Positions 1-12,979 of a stretch of DNA of 64,000 nt are shown in pieces. The notes below the pieces were generated by a model. That model worked only from the letters and a program-made list of their open reading frames with translations, had not been told where the DNA came from and ran no database searches. The translations under genes were made by a program, and so were the position numbers. Each line of letters begins with the position of its first letter. The stretch's first letter is position 1. The DNA comes from Octopus vulgaris (lineage: Eukaryota), in contig OX597815.1 of the NCBI GenBank assembly GCA_951406725.2, positions 44,578,001 to 44,642,000 on the forward strand, given 5' to 3'.

Positions 1-116
1 TCGTTGCTCAACTGATTTTTACTTTTTCAACCCCGAAAAAAAAAATAAAAGGCAAAGTCGACCTCGGCAGAATTTTAGATCAGGACGTAAAAGGGGAGAA
101 AATGTGGCTAAGCATT
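1..116 (-). mobile_element. tRNA-derived SINE family A, degenerate partial copy
   Basis: Reverse complement of the family-A core (ggcaaagtcgacctcggcagaatt) seen in many copies in this window. Confidence 0.7.
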
Positions 117-132
117 AACTTAGCAGAAATAT

Positions 133-404
133 GGTGGCGAGCTGGCAGAAACATTAGGACGCCGGATGAAATGCTTAACAGTATTTCGTCTGCCGTTACG
201 TTCCGGGTTCAAATTCCGCCGAGGTCGGCTTTGCCTTTCATTCTTTCGGGGTAGATTAAATAAGTACCAGTTACGCACTGGGGTCGATATAATCGACTTA
301 ATCCGTTTGTCTGTCCTTGTTTGTCCTCTCTGTGTTTAACCCCTTGTGGGTAGTAAAGAAATAGGTATTTCCTCTGCGTTACATTCTGAGTTCAAATTCC
401 GCCG
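133..404 (+). mobile_element. tRNA-derived SINE family A (octopus OK-like), full copy plus start of a second unit
   Basis: ggcgagctggcagaa head, B-box-like gggttcaaattcc, core gaggtcg..tttgcctttca..ctttcgggg, tail ending aaagaaata; near-identical to 33521-33753 and 36437-36668. Confidence 0.85.
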
Positions 405-408
405 TATA

Positions 409-509
409 TCTCTCTATATAAACGGCAGTTTGTCTGTGCGTGTTTCTGTGTGTCTATTTGCTTGTACCCTCACCCTGACCACGGCTTTCAACCGATTCTG
501 ATGAAACTA
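409..509 (+). mobile_element. Non-autonomous Helitron, 5' fragment
   Basis: Starts TCTCTCTATATAAACGGCAG; matches the 5' end of the complete copy at 44688-45067. Confidence 0.75.
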
Positions 510-604
510 TAATATCATAATTCATAACGCAGCGAAAATATATATATAAATTCGACATATCATGTCTATCCATATGTATAACTCTCTAAAAATGCTTTAT
601 AGTT

Positions 605-646
605 ATATATATATATGTATACATAAATATATATATATATATGTAT

Positions 647-723
<77 letters not shown>
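605..723. repeat. (TA)n microsatellite
   Basis: Direct reading; source of the poly-YI ORFs. Confidence 0.95.
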
Positions 724-724
<1 letters not shown>

Positions 725-1060
725 TGTTGTGTCTGGGGAGAGTCATTCTCTTTTGGTGCCTTATAATTTAACAAACTCACCGGTAAAATTTCCACTGATT
801 TCTCTTTTATTTTTCTAAAATTTTCGTTACGTCTTGCAACCTTTTTAATAGTATGCAAGGTATGTAGTGTATTTGCTTACATTTTGTCCTGGTGTTTGGT
901 ATACAAAACTAGGATTGGCTTTTAATAGTCAAAACTATTGAAAAGGTTGCAAGACGCAACGAAAATTTTAGAAAAATAAAAAAGAAATGTGGAAATTTTA
1001 CCGGTGAGTCTGTTAAATTATAAGGCACCAAAAGAGAATGACTCTCTCCAGACACAACAG
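724..1060. mobile_element. MITE/foldback element with ~128-bp terminal inverted repeats
   Basis: 724-852 (ctgttgtgtctgg...) is the near-perfect reverse complement of 934-1060 (...ccagacacaacag); spacer about 80 bp. Confidence 0.85.
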
Positions 1061-1830
1061 AATATGCTTCAACACACGAACTCACATAAAGAATCTTGCA
1101 AGCCAAATCCAGAAACGAAATATATATATATATACATACATACATATATATATGAATATATATACGAATCATGCAATCAAGACCTATGCATAGCACTCGT
1201 GGAAACTCATCTGACCCTGATATAGAGGATGCAGAAGTACACGTACCAAAATATACCATGCTGCGAACAGGCAGAAGAGAAAGGAGACATGGTGAAGTTG
1301 CTGTATACATCCGTGAAGACCTCAGGTCTTACTGTCATACTCAAATTCAATACCTGACACTCTAATTGTATATATAAGACAACAAAATATAGTCATATAC
1401 AATACATATTGCCCACCGGATGCTCCAAACCACATCGGCAAGTTTGAAGATTGCCTCACAAGAATTAAAGAAATTCTCATGAAACTGGAACACAACGTGA
1501 GCGTATTTCTTATGGGTAATTTCAACTTCTCCAATGTCAAATGGCCCGAAGTCTCATGCTCTCAGGAATGACTCATTGCAAAGAAGTACAGGAGGAACCC
1601 TGCTCAACTTCACCAATGCCCTATTCATGGAGCAAGATGTACTCAGACCAACTAGGGCGAATAACATTTTGGATCTCTATGGACATCGTTCATAATGTGA
1701 AAGTGACACTGACATTAGTCTCGGATCACAACATAATAGAGCTGTCTATGTATGAATCAAAAGTAGCCAGAGACATACAGCCTAAAGGAAGCACCCAAAA
1801 TCTCTCCAATCGGAACTTCCACGGTTAACC
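1061..1830 (+). pseudogene. Decayed LINE (CR1/L2-like) AP-endonuclease domain
   Basis: Frameshifted pieces IALVETHL, YTMLRTGR..RHGEVAVYIREDL, YCPP, MGNFN, PTRANNILDL, SDHNII match APE endonuclease motifs. Confidence 0.8.
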
Positions 1831-1915
1831 AACAACAGCAACAGTTTAAAATGGAACGAAGTAAATTATTCTCTTACACTAGTTACAAAGGTTTATCTTT
1901 TTTCATCTGTATATA

Positions 1916-2001
<86 letters not shown>

Positions 2002-2814
2002 CGTGATCAATTGTCAAGGGGACTTGACAGATTCGTTTCATTAAATTGTTTTCTCTCTAAGCACAAAGCCAGCTTAAAAATAGAAAGAAGACATTGAATA
2101 ATGCATTCTTGAATATAATAAAAGTATTTGTCCCAAAAGCAATGGATGGTAAAGGTATAGCTTAAAAAAAGTATTTTATTATTTTTGCTCGATCTCTCGT
2201 GAAGATTAAAAACAACAGTATCAACTGCGCAAGAAGTATGCCAAACAAAATATGTCTAATTCAGCACAACAAAAATATACAAAATATTTCTGTCAATATG
2301 TTACAGGACCAATGGTTACATCACGTGTCTCAACAAGAAGCTAGAATAGGTTAAAGTCACAAACCATAACGGATTGTTTTCGCTTTTAAAAGCAAAACCA
2401 TTACGAGTTAGTGAGTGATAAAATTCATGAAATAATTTCATGTATCATGAGTAAAGGTGAATACTGGAATTTCAAAGGGAACTCTTCTTTTGGTTGCGTA
2501 ATTCTTAATTTCTTTCAAACGTGGAAATGAGAAGGCCTTGCCCAAAACGCCATAATTTACTTTCTTCAGCACATGAACTTATATTGGTTTCAAGACCAGC
2601 ACGTTTCAAGACAAGCACGTTTCAAGACAAGCACGCTTACATCGTCCACAGTGCTCAACTGGTACTTATTTCATCGACCCACCACTGTTCTCAACTCGGG
2701 GCTGTCTTTGCATCTTCCAGACCTTGTTGGTTGTGAATTGCTTTTATAGCATTGCTTTTTTTCTAGGTAGGTCTGTTGGCTTTATGCAAACCCGTTTTTA
2801 GCTCTGGAAAGAAG

Positions 2815-2941
2815 TAGTCTATATTAGTCTGGTTTCTAATCTTTGACTTGTCCAGCACAGGAAATCCTAACAGGAACTTGTGCTCCGCTTGCATGACTTT
2901 CAGGATCCTTGACCCCCGTAAGTTACCACACCGCAACAAGG
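2815..2941 (-). mobile_element. RTE-clade LINE 5' UTR remnant
   Basis: Minus strand ccttgttgcggtgtggtaacttacgggggtcaaggatcctgaaagtcatgc...ctggacaagtcaaagattagaaaccagactaa resembles the 5' UTR pattern of RTE elements. Confidence 0.55.
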
Positions 2942-4058
2942 AGTGAACCTATAATAACAGTGATGTAAATTTGAAGAGAAAATGGAAAATGGAACGTAAC
3001 TGAAGAAACGATAAACGTAGTTCCAACCCACCAGTAGTCACTAATTAAACAAATGAATTCTACAAATGAATTCTACTTAATTATAGTAATGAGAAATGAG
3101 ACAACAGTATGATGTTAGTGATGCAGATGCTTTGAAATAACTTATACTGACAAAGGAAACTAGTTCTATGGATACTTACTATGCTACTTTTACATTGATT
3201 TCTTTACATAAAAATCGGTTTCAGAATTCTGTGAAGCTAGGTAATATTTGCATACGTTCTTAAGGATTTTTTGCAAACAACTTACCGATGCACGTGCTAC
3301 CAGTTGAAAGCTTTGCGTACCGGATGCTAGTAAGTTTATGGAGTCATGAGGAGAGAATGCGTGCCGTTTCTGGGCCTACCTCTCGACAGCATCATTGTGC
3401 AATGGCCCCAGTCACTGAAATGGGGCTTGCTAGATTATCTGGTTATCAGAGGTCGCTCACTATTCTCGTCTCTTTTTAAACCAAATCCAGTGACTTGCCT
3501 TTTCCGCCGTGAATGACACACTGGATAAAATGACATTCATCCATTTCACAAACGTGTGAGAGATATAAATAAGTTCACTGATTAAAAATAAGAATGGCAA
3601 ATGGAACATAAACTGGGCTAACTTGGAGAGCATATCACCCCACTTCACCCCACTAACTATAATCAGCAATAAAACACCCACTTTTAAATATAATATAAAG
3701 TCAGATGATAGATGGATGTGAATGTGCAAACACAATAGCACAATGCGATTTGTCCTTAATTTAGTATTATCAGCACCAAGATACTTAAGATCCAGTAATA
3801 AGCTTCATATTTCTCTACCGGTTTGAAGTGAAAAGTGCATATTATTCAGAAAGGGAGGGGATGTTTTCGACTGAATATGTTTATGTGTGTTTGTGTTTGT
3901 ATCCATGCATAAGTGCGTGATTATATGAAACTCAGACTCTTTATTTGGGAGTCCATCTGTGAATGTGCTGTCTCGTATTTGGGGATTGTTTTTGTAAGTA
4001 TGTGAATATATGTGTACGTGACTTTATAACCACATACACATGTGGTTCATAAGTGGAT

Positions 4059-4089
<31 letters not shown>

Positions 4090-4344
4090 TATGTATGTAT
4101 GTATTTAGTATGTATAAATATGTATGCATTTCGCTTTGTAATGATCGTCCCTGCCTTCTAAGCTCTATGTTCCGAATAGATAAATTATCAGTCGTCTAAT
4201 AGGTCAATTCTTCTCTTTATCGCATTCCGTTTGACGGTCGTTCGTCTGTCCATCGTCTGTCTATCTGCTCTGCTATCATCAGGAAGAAATCAGTTGTAAT
4301 CGGACCCGAAGCTAGATGAGCTCTGCCAGGTTCTAATAATGCCT

Positions 4345-4473
4345 ATTTCTTTATTACCCACAAGGGGCCAAACACAGAGGGGACAAACAAGGACAGACAT
4401 AGGTATCAAGTCGATTACATCGACCCCAGTGCGTAACTGGTACTTAATTTATCGACCCCGAAAGGATGAAAGG
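4345..4473 (-). mobile_element. SINE family A, 5'-truncated, with TSD
   Basis: 3' half of family A only; flanked on both sides by aataatgcc. Confidence 0.8.
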
Positions 4474-4859
4474 CAATAATGCCGAAGATACGCTGTACAC
4501 CTCGACGGCGCCCCAGGGATCTAAGTCTCGAAGGCAATGCAAACAAAATATAAATACAATGGTTTCGCCATAAAGTATCATTATTTTGATTTTTCCCTTT
4601 TTTTTTATTTGTTTACAAGTTTTATTTTTAGTTTCGTTTTCCTCTTCATATTCTGTTCTATTTTATAAATGTAACAATATTGAAACAATAGTTAATCAAG
4701 ACAAACACACTTGAACGCAATTGTTTCTCTATGTCTATTATTTAAGAAAATGGTGTTGGCGTGAATTGAAGGAATTATCAAAACAATAGACAATTAAATA
4801 CATATATGTTTGAAAGAAAATTTGTTCCCATTTACAAACAAATATTCATCTTTATTATA

Positions 4860-5264
4860 GAGATATAAATATAGATAGAGTTATATATACATACGCATAT
4901 ATATATGTATGTGTGTGTGTGTGTATATATGTATATATATATATATATGTATATATACATACACACACACACACATATATATATAGATGTATATATATAT
5001 ACATATATACATATATATACATATATATCCACACATATATATATATACATATATATATCCACACAGATATATGTATACATATATATACATGTATACATAT
5101 ATATATACATGCATACATATATATATATAATACACACATATATATACATACATACATACACACATATATAAATATATATACTGGAGTATGTATGTGTGTA
5201 TGTAACACTATACATATATATGTAACGATTGTGAGCTCGCGTTTGAACGTATGTTTGAGTGTGT

Positions 5265-5310
<46 letters not shown>
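4860..5310. repeat. Compound (TA)/(CA)/(TG) microsatellite
   Basis: Direct reading. Confidence 0.9.
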
Positions 5311-5311
<1 letters not shown>

Positions 5312-5710
5312 TATGTGAAGGAGAATAATTATATATGCGTATATGTGAATATAACCTAAAAATTCACATGACTGGTTATTAATTCCATACAGCAAAAGTT
5401 GAATTTCTGGGTGTGTCTGAATTTTTGTGTTCACTGTATGTTGATGTGAAAATATGATTAGAATGACGTAAACTGATATTTTATGCAGTATTCAAACCCA
5501 TTCTGCCACTTATAAGTTTCTTTGTTATTTCTTTATAATTAATTGTGTATATTCTCATCAACACTTTCTCTGAACTAAACCACATAAATTTCGATATTTA
5601 TGACTTATTTTATAAAAAAAAATCGTAGAAAGGTCGGGATTACTACACGCACATTTCTTTTAGGAAATCTACGCTATTCAAGCATGCATATGTGTGTATG
5701 TGTGTGTGTG

Positions 5711-5835
5711 AAGGCGTGTGACATAGTGGTTATGGTGTTGTATTTACGATTGCGAGATCGTGGGTTCGATTCCCAGACCGGGTGTTGTGTTGTGTTCTTG
5801 AGCAAACACTTCATTTCACGTAGCTCTGCGATCAT
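5711..5835 (+). mobile_element. tRNA-derived SINE family C, 5' part
   Basis: A-box-like tgacatagtgg, B-box gggttcgattccc, then tgttgtgttcttgagcaaacacttcatttcacgt shared with 45380-45697 and 62227-62560. Confidence 0.7.
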
Positions 5836-6206
5836 TTCGTGCACCTGTACAGGGTATGTTGATTTGATGGAGGGAGTGAGGGCTCAATATAGAGGGACGA
5901 TACAGGACAAACGGGTGGGAGTCATACAAAGAAGCGTGTACACAGGTTTTAATAAAAGGTGAAAAGTTAACTATTTCACATGTAACATAAAAAGAAAGGT
6001 GGTTCCCAAAAGGGGAAGTTTTCTGAGTTGATCGTGGAAAAGCCAAAAGCCAACCTGGTCGCTAGAGCAAAGCCTAGAAGTTCATAGTAAGTCAGACCCA
6101 TTCAGTTTGACCATTCGTGCAATATTTGCGTATCTTCACTCAAATTTGCTCAAGGATAGTAACTTGCTCTCTCTAGCCTTAGTTCTTTTCAGGTGGCAGG
6201 TGTAGA

Positions 6207-6387
6207 ACATTATTTACATTATTTACATTATTTACATTTGGCGGATATTTGTCCTCATGTTGTTTCTTATTAACACAACTTTTCTGCTGATATACCGTCC
6301 AGCCTTCGTCAGGTTTTCTTGGGGAAATTTCGAACCTGGGTTCTCATTCCTAAAGTTTTTTTTTTTATGTAATCATTATTATTATTG
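6207..6387 (-). mobile_element. 3' half of SINE family E (hammerhead-like motif and (TGTAAATAA)n tail)
   Basis: Minus strand: short TAA run, body, CTGACGA-a-GGCTG-loop-CAGCA-GAAA motif, tandem tgtaaataa tail; interpreted as the continuation of the head at 7213-7287. Confidence 0.65.
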
Positions 6388-7141
6388 TATGTTTGACTTT
6401 TGCTTTGCTTCTGTGCATGTTGGCTCCAAGTCTCATCCAGAGACCTCAAGAGAAACAAGTTTGAAGTTCATGTTGATGTTATGCCTAGGGTGCTATATTT
6501 GGTTTTGTACATAGTGTTGTTCTAGAGAATGTTTAAGAAACCATAAGAAAATTATGTGTTTGTTTTAAAATTTGAGATTACATAGACAGCATTTTGCGTA
6601 GGGTATGGTCAGTTTCCATGAGCACTATCTTTGGAATTTCTGCCATTTTGGGGTTTCCTGGTATTTTGAGCTAAGTACCAATCAGCTCCTTTTGCTATCG
6701 ATCCTAGGGCACCTATGACAACAAGTATTGTTTTAGTCTTCAGATTCCACATTTTGCTAATTTCTATTTCAAGATCTTTATACTTATTCAGTTTTTGGTA
6801 GATCTTGACAGATACGTTTATATCGATTGGGACATTTACATCAGTGAGGAGGCATGATTTTTGTCTGAAATCTTTCAATATGATGTCTGGCCTATTCGCA
6901 TCTATCTTTCTGTCAGTTTGAATGGTGAAGTTCCAGAGGAGTGAGATGTGATTATTTCCAAGCACTGAGGGTGATTTGTGTTCCCACCAGTTTTTATCAT
7001 GGGGCAAATCCAGGTTTTTGCAAATTACTCAGTGAATATATTGTGCAGCTCTATCATGCCTGTTGAGATACTCTGTAGGCGCAAGAAAACTGCACATGGA
7101 GATATGTTCAATGGTCTCATTTTGTTGTTGACATACACAGC
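6388..7141 (-). mobile_element. R4/Dong-clade non-LTR retrotransposon, 5'-truncated (CCHC knuckle, restriction-like endonuclease, 3' UTR)
   Basis: ETIEHISMC...RHD, then ANRPDII..TDV..P..KLNKYKDL..VVIGALG; (TAA)n on both flanks. Confidence 0.85.
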
Positions 7142-7142
7142 A

Positions 7143-7212
<70 letters not shown>

Positions 7213-7216
<4 letters not shown>

Positions 7217-7287
7217 TCACTGCCTGGAATCGAACTCGGAATCTTGGGGTTAGTAGCCCGCGCTCTTAACCACTACGCCATATGCCC
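7213..7287 (-). mobile_element. tRNA-like head of SINE family E
   Basis: Minus strand gggcatatggcgtagtggttaagagcgcgggctactaaccccaagattccgagttcgattccaggcagtgacc; A box TGGCGTAGTGG and B box GAGTTCGATTCC, followed by (TAA)n. Confidence 0.8.
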
Positions 7288-7289
7288 AT

Positions 7290-8975
7290 GCCAGACAGAA
7301 AGGTGCCCGTCCTCAAGCCTTTCACCCGTGACAGCTACACAACCTCTTTCGCAATAGTCACTATACAGAGAAAAACAGTACGCCTTTCTCGGTTAACAGA
7401 GGGCGGTGGGACAATCTTAATGACGGACTCGGTTGACAACTGTGCTCCTACCAGATGCGACAGCAGGTGTTCGACTTGCCGGCCAATAACCCTCTATAGA
7501 AAGACATGGTGGAACCCCCACCGCATGCGTTACCCGTTCGGCAGAGACGCGTGATAGCCTGACGGCACTCTGCTTGCCAAACACCCGACCTAGGTCTGCG
7601 CTTGATCCAAGAGTTTAGCTCGCTAAAAGAGGCGAATTTGACGAAAGGCGACCACACCTGTTTAGGTAGAGCTGGAGATACATCAGTCTCAGCACATGTC
7701 TGCGCATTTTTAGCATGCCCAGCCCTCCATTTAGCGGCAGTTGACAGCAGATAGAGCGCCTGATCATCGGGCCCCGTCCTTTCTACAGAAAGCGGAAGAG
7801 TAAGCGATCCAACTTGGTCAGATATGAATCCAGAAAAGCACGACGTTTAGGCGGTAAATGATGACGAATGCGATATACACATTCACTACCTCCGCCCGCT
7901 CTTTCAGGGATAGATTTCTCTCAATCCATTTCTGGGTGAGATTGGCCACCCTACACGTTACCTCATCCCATTTTCTCTCTACTTGGAGCTCTGGTCCGAA
8001 CCAGACTCCGAGCAATTTCATCGGTCCGTCCGTCCGCCGTCCCACGATGTTGTTGGGCGGCATCGACCTGCCTCTCTCGGTGCTAAGTTGCAGGGCGGCT
8101 CCCGTCACCACTTCGTAATCCCGTATGGTACCACCTATTAGCTGTAGGTGCTTGTCACAAGATACGATGACGGTAATGTCACCCGTATATGCTGGCACTG
8201 TCCTCCCGCACCTCAGATAACGCGGGATGCCTCTCAAAGCCTCCATTTTCTGTAGTAATAGCTCAAGGGCCAGAACGTACAGGAGGGAGGAGAGAGGTCA
8301 TTCTTGGCGACCGAGTGTACAATGCAGAACTGCTCTGATAGATGACCGTTCACCCGAACTTTCGATTGAATGTTACTGTATAAAGCTGTGATCCAGCCGC
8401 AGAAGGTTGGGTCAAATACGGTCGCCTGGAGAACTGCCGCCAGATACCGTTGGTCTAACCTATCAAAGCTTTTAATTGATCTAAATGGATCAGTGTCCCT
8501 CTAAAAACAAGATTGCTTACCACCCTAAGTATGGTATAGCGCATGAGGTGGAGGTTGTCGTGGATGGTTCTGTTCAGGATGGCACAAGTTTGCACCTCCC
8601 CAACCAGTTTATCGACGACAAGTGCCAACCTTTTTAAATCTGCATTAAGCAGAGTGATGGGCATAAAATTATCAATTACGTTCCCCTTGTTTGTGTCTTT
8701 CCTTAGCACAACCACGGTCCCCCGGCTCACAGAACTAGGAATGCTCCTAATCTGCTGCCAGTTACCGTAGAAGTTTGCCAGTATGTTCCCAATCACGTCT
8801 GGCATACTATAATAGAATTCACCGGACAGACTATCCAATCCCGATGATTTTCCCCCAACGCAACCCGACAAGGCACCCTTCACTTCCGCTTCTGATATCA
8901 GCCCTTCGCAGCACTCCGCTTCTCTTGCTGAGAGTCGCGCCAAGCGTATCGAGGAGTATGTATTTACGTTTTGAG
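7290..8975 (-). pseudogene. L1/Tx1-clade LINE ORF2 remnant (RT and C-terminal region)
   Basis: GKSSGLDSLSGEFY, FMPITLLNADLK, RTIHDNLHLMRY, LDQLKA, AYTGDI (YADD equivalent), KLLGVWFG, LSLKERAEV; stops and frameshifts. Confidence 0.85.
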
Positions 8976-9375
8976 TAAAGCATTCGCAGTACTTTAAGGT
9001 GGGGTTTCTTGAAATATTTTTGTCTTCGTATAGTGAGTTCAACCTGGCAATATTTTCAGCGGAAACGTAAATACAAAACGCCTTGGATGCGTTTTATTTA
9101 CTTCTCAGTTTCAAAATAGCAGCACACGACGCACACTCGCATACACCGACGAGCTGAAGGTTGATTAAACACGCGATCTTGTCATGATTGTTCTAGCTGG
9201 TGAGATAGTTCCTAAACTGTACGGTATCCTGATTATACTTATGTTGTCACTCTTTCACGGATGCATGTTGATTCCAGGCTGGTTTTAACTCAAAACTGTG
9301 AGGCACCAAACGAGAAACCGCCAACAATTAGTTCATCTCTTAATACTCATAACGTTAACTTTTAACATATCTGCA

Positions 9376-9788
9376 TACTCTTTTACTCTTTTACTTGTTT
9401 CAGGCTTTTGACTGTGGCCATGCTGAAGCACCGCTTTTAGTCGAACAAATCGACCCCAGGATTTATTCTTTGTAAGCCTAGTACTTATTCTATCGGTCTC
9501 TTTTGCCGAACCGCTAAGATACGGGGACGTAAACACATCAGCATCGGTTGTCAAGCGATGTTGGGGAGACAAACGCAGACACACAAACATATACACACGC
9601 ATACACATATATATACATATATACGATGGGCTTCTTTCAGTTTCCGTCTACGAAATCCACTAACAAGGCTTTGGTTGGCCCGAGGCTATAGTAGAAGACA
9701 CTTGCCGAAGGTCCCACGCAATGAAATTGAACCCGGAACCATGTGATTAGTAAGCAAACTACTTAGCACAAAGCCACTCCTGCGCCTG
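9376..9788 (-). mobile_element. tRNA-derived SINE family B (CORE-like, OR2-like), full length
   Basis: Minus strand head aggcgcaggagtggct..., ggcaagtgtctt core, internal (TA)(TG) tract, tail gaaacaagtaaaagagtaaaagagta; about ten related copies in the window. Confidence 0.85.
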
Positions 9789-10304
9789 CAATTATATAAT
9801 ATTTCGTTATCAATGAGTTCAGGCGAAGTGAAATACTAAGCATAGATTTAGTTTTGAATTTAGTGTAGACAGGTGCAAAAATGGCATTTTGCACCAGTTG
9901 CATCAGAGTCTGCATAATCCCCGCTCCTTCATTTATAACTAATAATAGTTATCAACATTATAGAGATTACATATAAATTTGTCCGCGAATAAAAATCAGA
10001 TATTCAAAATTTCAGTCATCTAAACAATTTTTAGTATAATTACAAAATATTTATTTCTTAACAAACTTTAACATCATCTGTAAACGATTTATGAACAAAC
10101 AGTTCAATAACCATCCTATTGCTGACAGTGAGATGGTAAAATTTTAAGTATGAATTATTTGTCCATTTGAAAGAATTAGTTATTAACTTCACCCTTTTTT
10201 TTTCATAAAGACAGATGCTCTATATGGACTTTTAAATTGGGTAAGTTATTGAAATTTAGGTCTCATTTCTCATTTTTTATCTCATATCCTGCGAGCACGT
10301 ACAC

Positions 10305-10352
<48 letters not shown>

Positions 10353-10368
10353 TACATACATACATACA

Positions 10369-10404
<36 letters not shown>

Positions 10405-10414
10405 TATGTATATA

Positions 10415-10481
<67 letters not shown>

Positions 10482-10499
10482 ATATTACTTTATTTGCTT

Positions 10500-10849
10500 T
10501 TTATTTTTTACTTGGGCTACCATCTTGAATAATTTTAGTCGGATGAATCGATCCCGGTATTCACCAAGATTTTTTAAAGCTTGGTACTTATACTATCAGT
10601 CTCGTTTGCCGAACCGCTAGGTTACGGGCGTGTAAACACTCCAATACCGGTTGTTAAGAGGTAGTGGAGGATAAACACACACGCGCACGCACACACATAT
10701 ATACAACGAACTTCTCACAAATTCCGTTTACTAAATCCACTCACAAGGTTTTGGTCGGCCCGAGGCTATGGTAGACGATAGTTGCCGAAGGTGCTACGCA
10801 GTGGAACTGAACCTGGAACTATGTGTTAGGAAGCAAGCTTCTTACCAAT
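10500..10849 (-). mobile_element. SINE family B, head interrupted by family D SINE
   Basis: Similarity to 9376-9788. Confidence 0.75.
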
Positions 10850-11145
10850 GTTGTTTCTTCCTTCTCGAGCTATGCCTGGCTTATAAGGGCCGGTTTATCG
10901 GTTTCATTGGCGTATAGGTTCCCCATCTGAACGGGACGCCGGTCCGTCGCAGGTGAGCTGCTAGATGCAGGAAGAAAGAGAGAGAAAAAGTTGTGACGAA
11001 AGAGTCAACAGAAGTTCACCATTACCTTCTGCCGGATCCGCGTGGAGCTTAAGTGTTTCGCTCATAAATACACACATCGCCCAGTCTGAGAGTCGAACAC
11101 GCGATCCTTCGACCGCTGCTCTAACACTAGGCCACGCGCCTACAC
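10850..11145 (-). mobile_element. tRNA-derived SINE family D (V-domain-like) with 12-bp TSD
   Basis: Flanked by cttcttaccaat at 10838-10849 and 11146-11157; minus strand ctgcgacggaccggcgtcccgttcag resembles the V-SINE domain; second copy at 26465-26756. Confidence 0.8.
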
Positions 11146-11679
11146 CTTCTTACCAATAGTGTACAATATTTGTATTTAGTTAGATGACTTCTCCAAAAAC
11201 AAGTCAAGGTTCTATTTTTATCATTAGTATGTAACTTTCTGGATAATTTGAAGGAGACCTCAGCGGCTATTTCTAGCAGCACGAATAATCACATAAAACA
11301 TTTTGCATTAGTACATATGACTATGTATGTTTGTAATATTAATAACTGACGATGAACGCCAAGGGGTAGTTTTGTATAATAATTTTCTCCACCATATGTA
11401 ACTTTTCAGTGAAATATGTAAGCCAAAAAATTCTCATACATTTATGATAAATGAAAATATTCAGTGAATTATTTTTTCACAATGAAGAATACTGTTCATT
11501 GTTTTTTTTAGTCTTTTTTTTTCAGCTCCACAGTTGTTTTATATCAAGAATATTTAAGTCTAAAATAACATATTTGTCTTCCAAACAGCAGAATTGTTTT
11601 ATTAACAAGTTTTGTAAAATAGTTTACATACATTAAAAAAATAAATTGTTTACTTAAAATAAAATTATTGAAATTATTA

Positions 11680-12850
11680 TGACTCCGACACATCTTAACA
11701 AAACCACTAAATTACATAACGAAGGAGAAATCCACCAACTCAGTTCATTTGTTGCCAAAGGCCTACAAAAACGAAACCGAATTAGGAACAGGGAATTAGT
11801 GTGCTTCCCTACGGACAGCCCACAGAACTATGTCTAGACCATGCAACACTAGCATGAGAGAAGTTCCACCACGGGAGCATGAAAGAGTGGGAAAATATCC
11901 TCAATGCCCTCATGAGAATGTGGTGCAACATACACCAACCCCAAAAACGGACTGCACAAAATTTCCAAGCATTCAACAACAGTGTTCCTACGCTATATGG
12001 ATTACGTAAGGACCACGCACCCTGCGTGAACCCTGTTATGGGGCCCCAACGCGACCAGTTTGCGGAGCGAATATCTCTTGCAATTATAGACTATCCTACT
12101 TCCGCTCACAGGTGTTACGACCACTCATTGAAATGTCCCGGATGACTCCCCCAAGAGAATCAGTAGTCGCAACCACTCCAACGACCTCGCAGGTTGTATA
12201 GTGGGTAGTATGAATGTAGTTTCACTCTACCGATCTATAAACATAGATTTTACTGAGGAAAAATGCATTGAGATTATCCGTGAGTGAAGGTGAGTTCCAC
12301 GAAGTCAACACAAGATGAACTGGGTGACCTTAAACGAAGCTATGACTATAACTACCTAGACAATAATGACCTTAGTAGATTCTGCCCCACCAGGCCACAG
12401 AAGGGAAAACCATCCACCATCACCTCGGCAGTGAAAAAAAGCACCTCAGATTGCTGGAGTGGCTGGACAATACCCACCCAGGACCCTGAGAACAACGATC
12501 AGGTGAAAAGAATGATTGCATATGCAATAGGGGCTAGCATAAGTATCACTTTGAAGAACACATAGTAAAGTTTAGCAGGAAACTATTCATGCAGGTTCAA
12601 GCTTCAGCCATTGGTGTCAGTGTAATTAGAGATGTGACTGACCTCTTAATGACCTGGTGGGACAGAAAACTTAAACAAACCTTAGCGGAACAATCTACAA
12701 CTGTTTTGTTTTATTATATGTATGTAGATGACATTAATATTCTAGTTAGGACAAACTCTAGCAACTGTAGCGTAGAAACCAAGAGGAGCAAAACGAAGAG
12801 AATCTAGCACTCCATCCACCAAAGTATCAAGGTAACTATAGATTACCTTA
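11680..12850 (+). pseudogene. Penelope-like element reverse transcriptase, decayed
   Basis: PTLYGLRKDH, RPVCGAN (after frameshift), GSMNVVSLYRSI, SAIGVSV, YMYVDDINILV occur in the order of PLE RT motifs. Confidence 0.75.
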
Positions 12851-12979
12851 CTAGACTATATGTTTACCTACATATCCATTTACCTACTTAACTATATATA
12901 TATATGTGTACCTACTAACAACCTACTAACAAATCTAACTGTATATGTATAAACTGTGGGTATTGGGGTATCTTTACCT

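Noticed and set aside
7213-7287. Apparent tRNA gene
   Set aside because: Acceptor stem does not close and no poly-T terminator follows; it reads as a SINE head.
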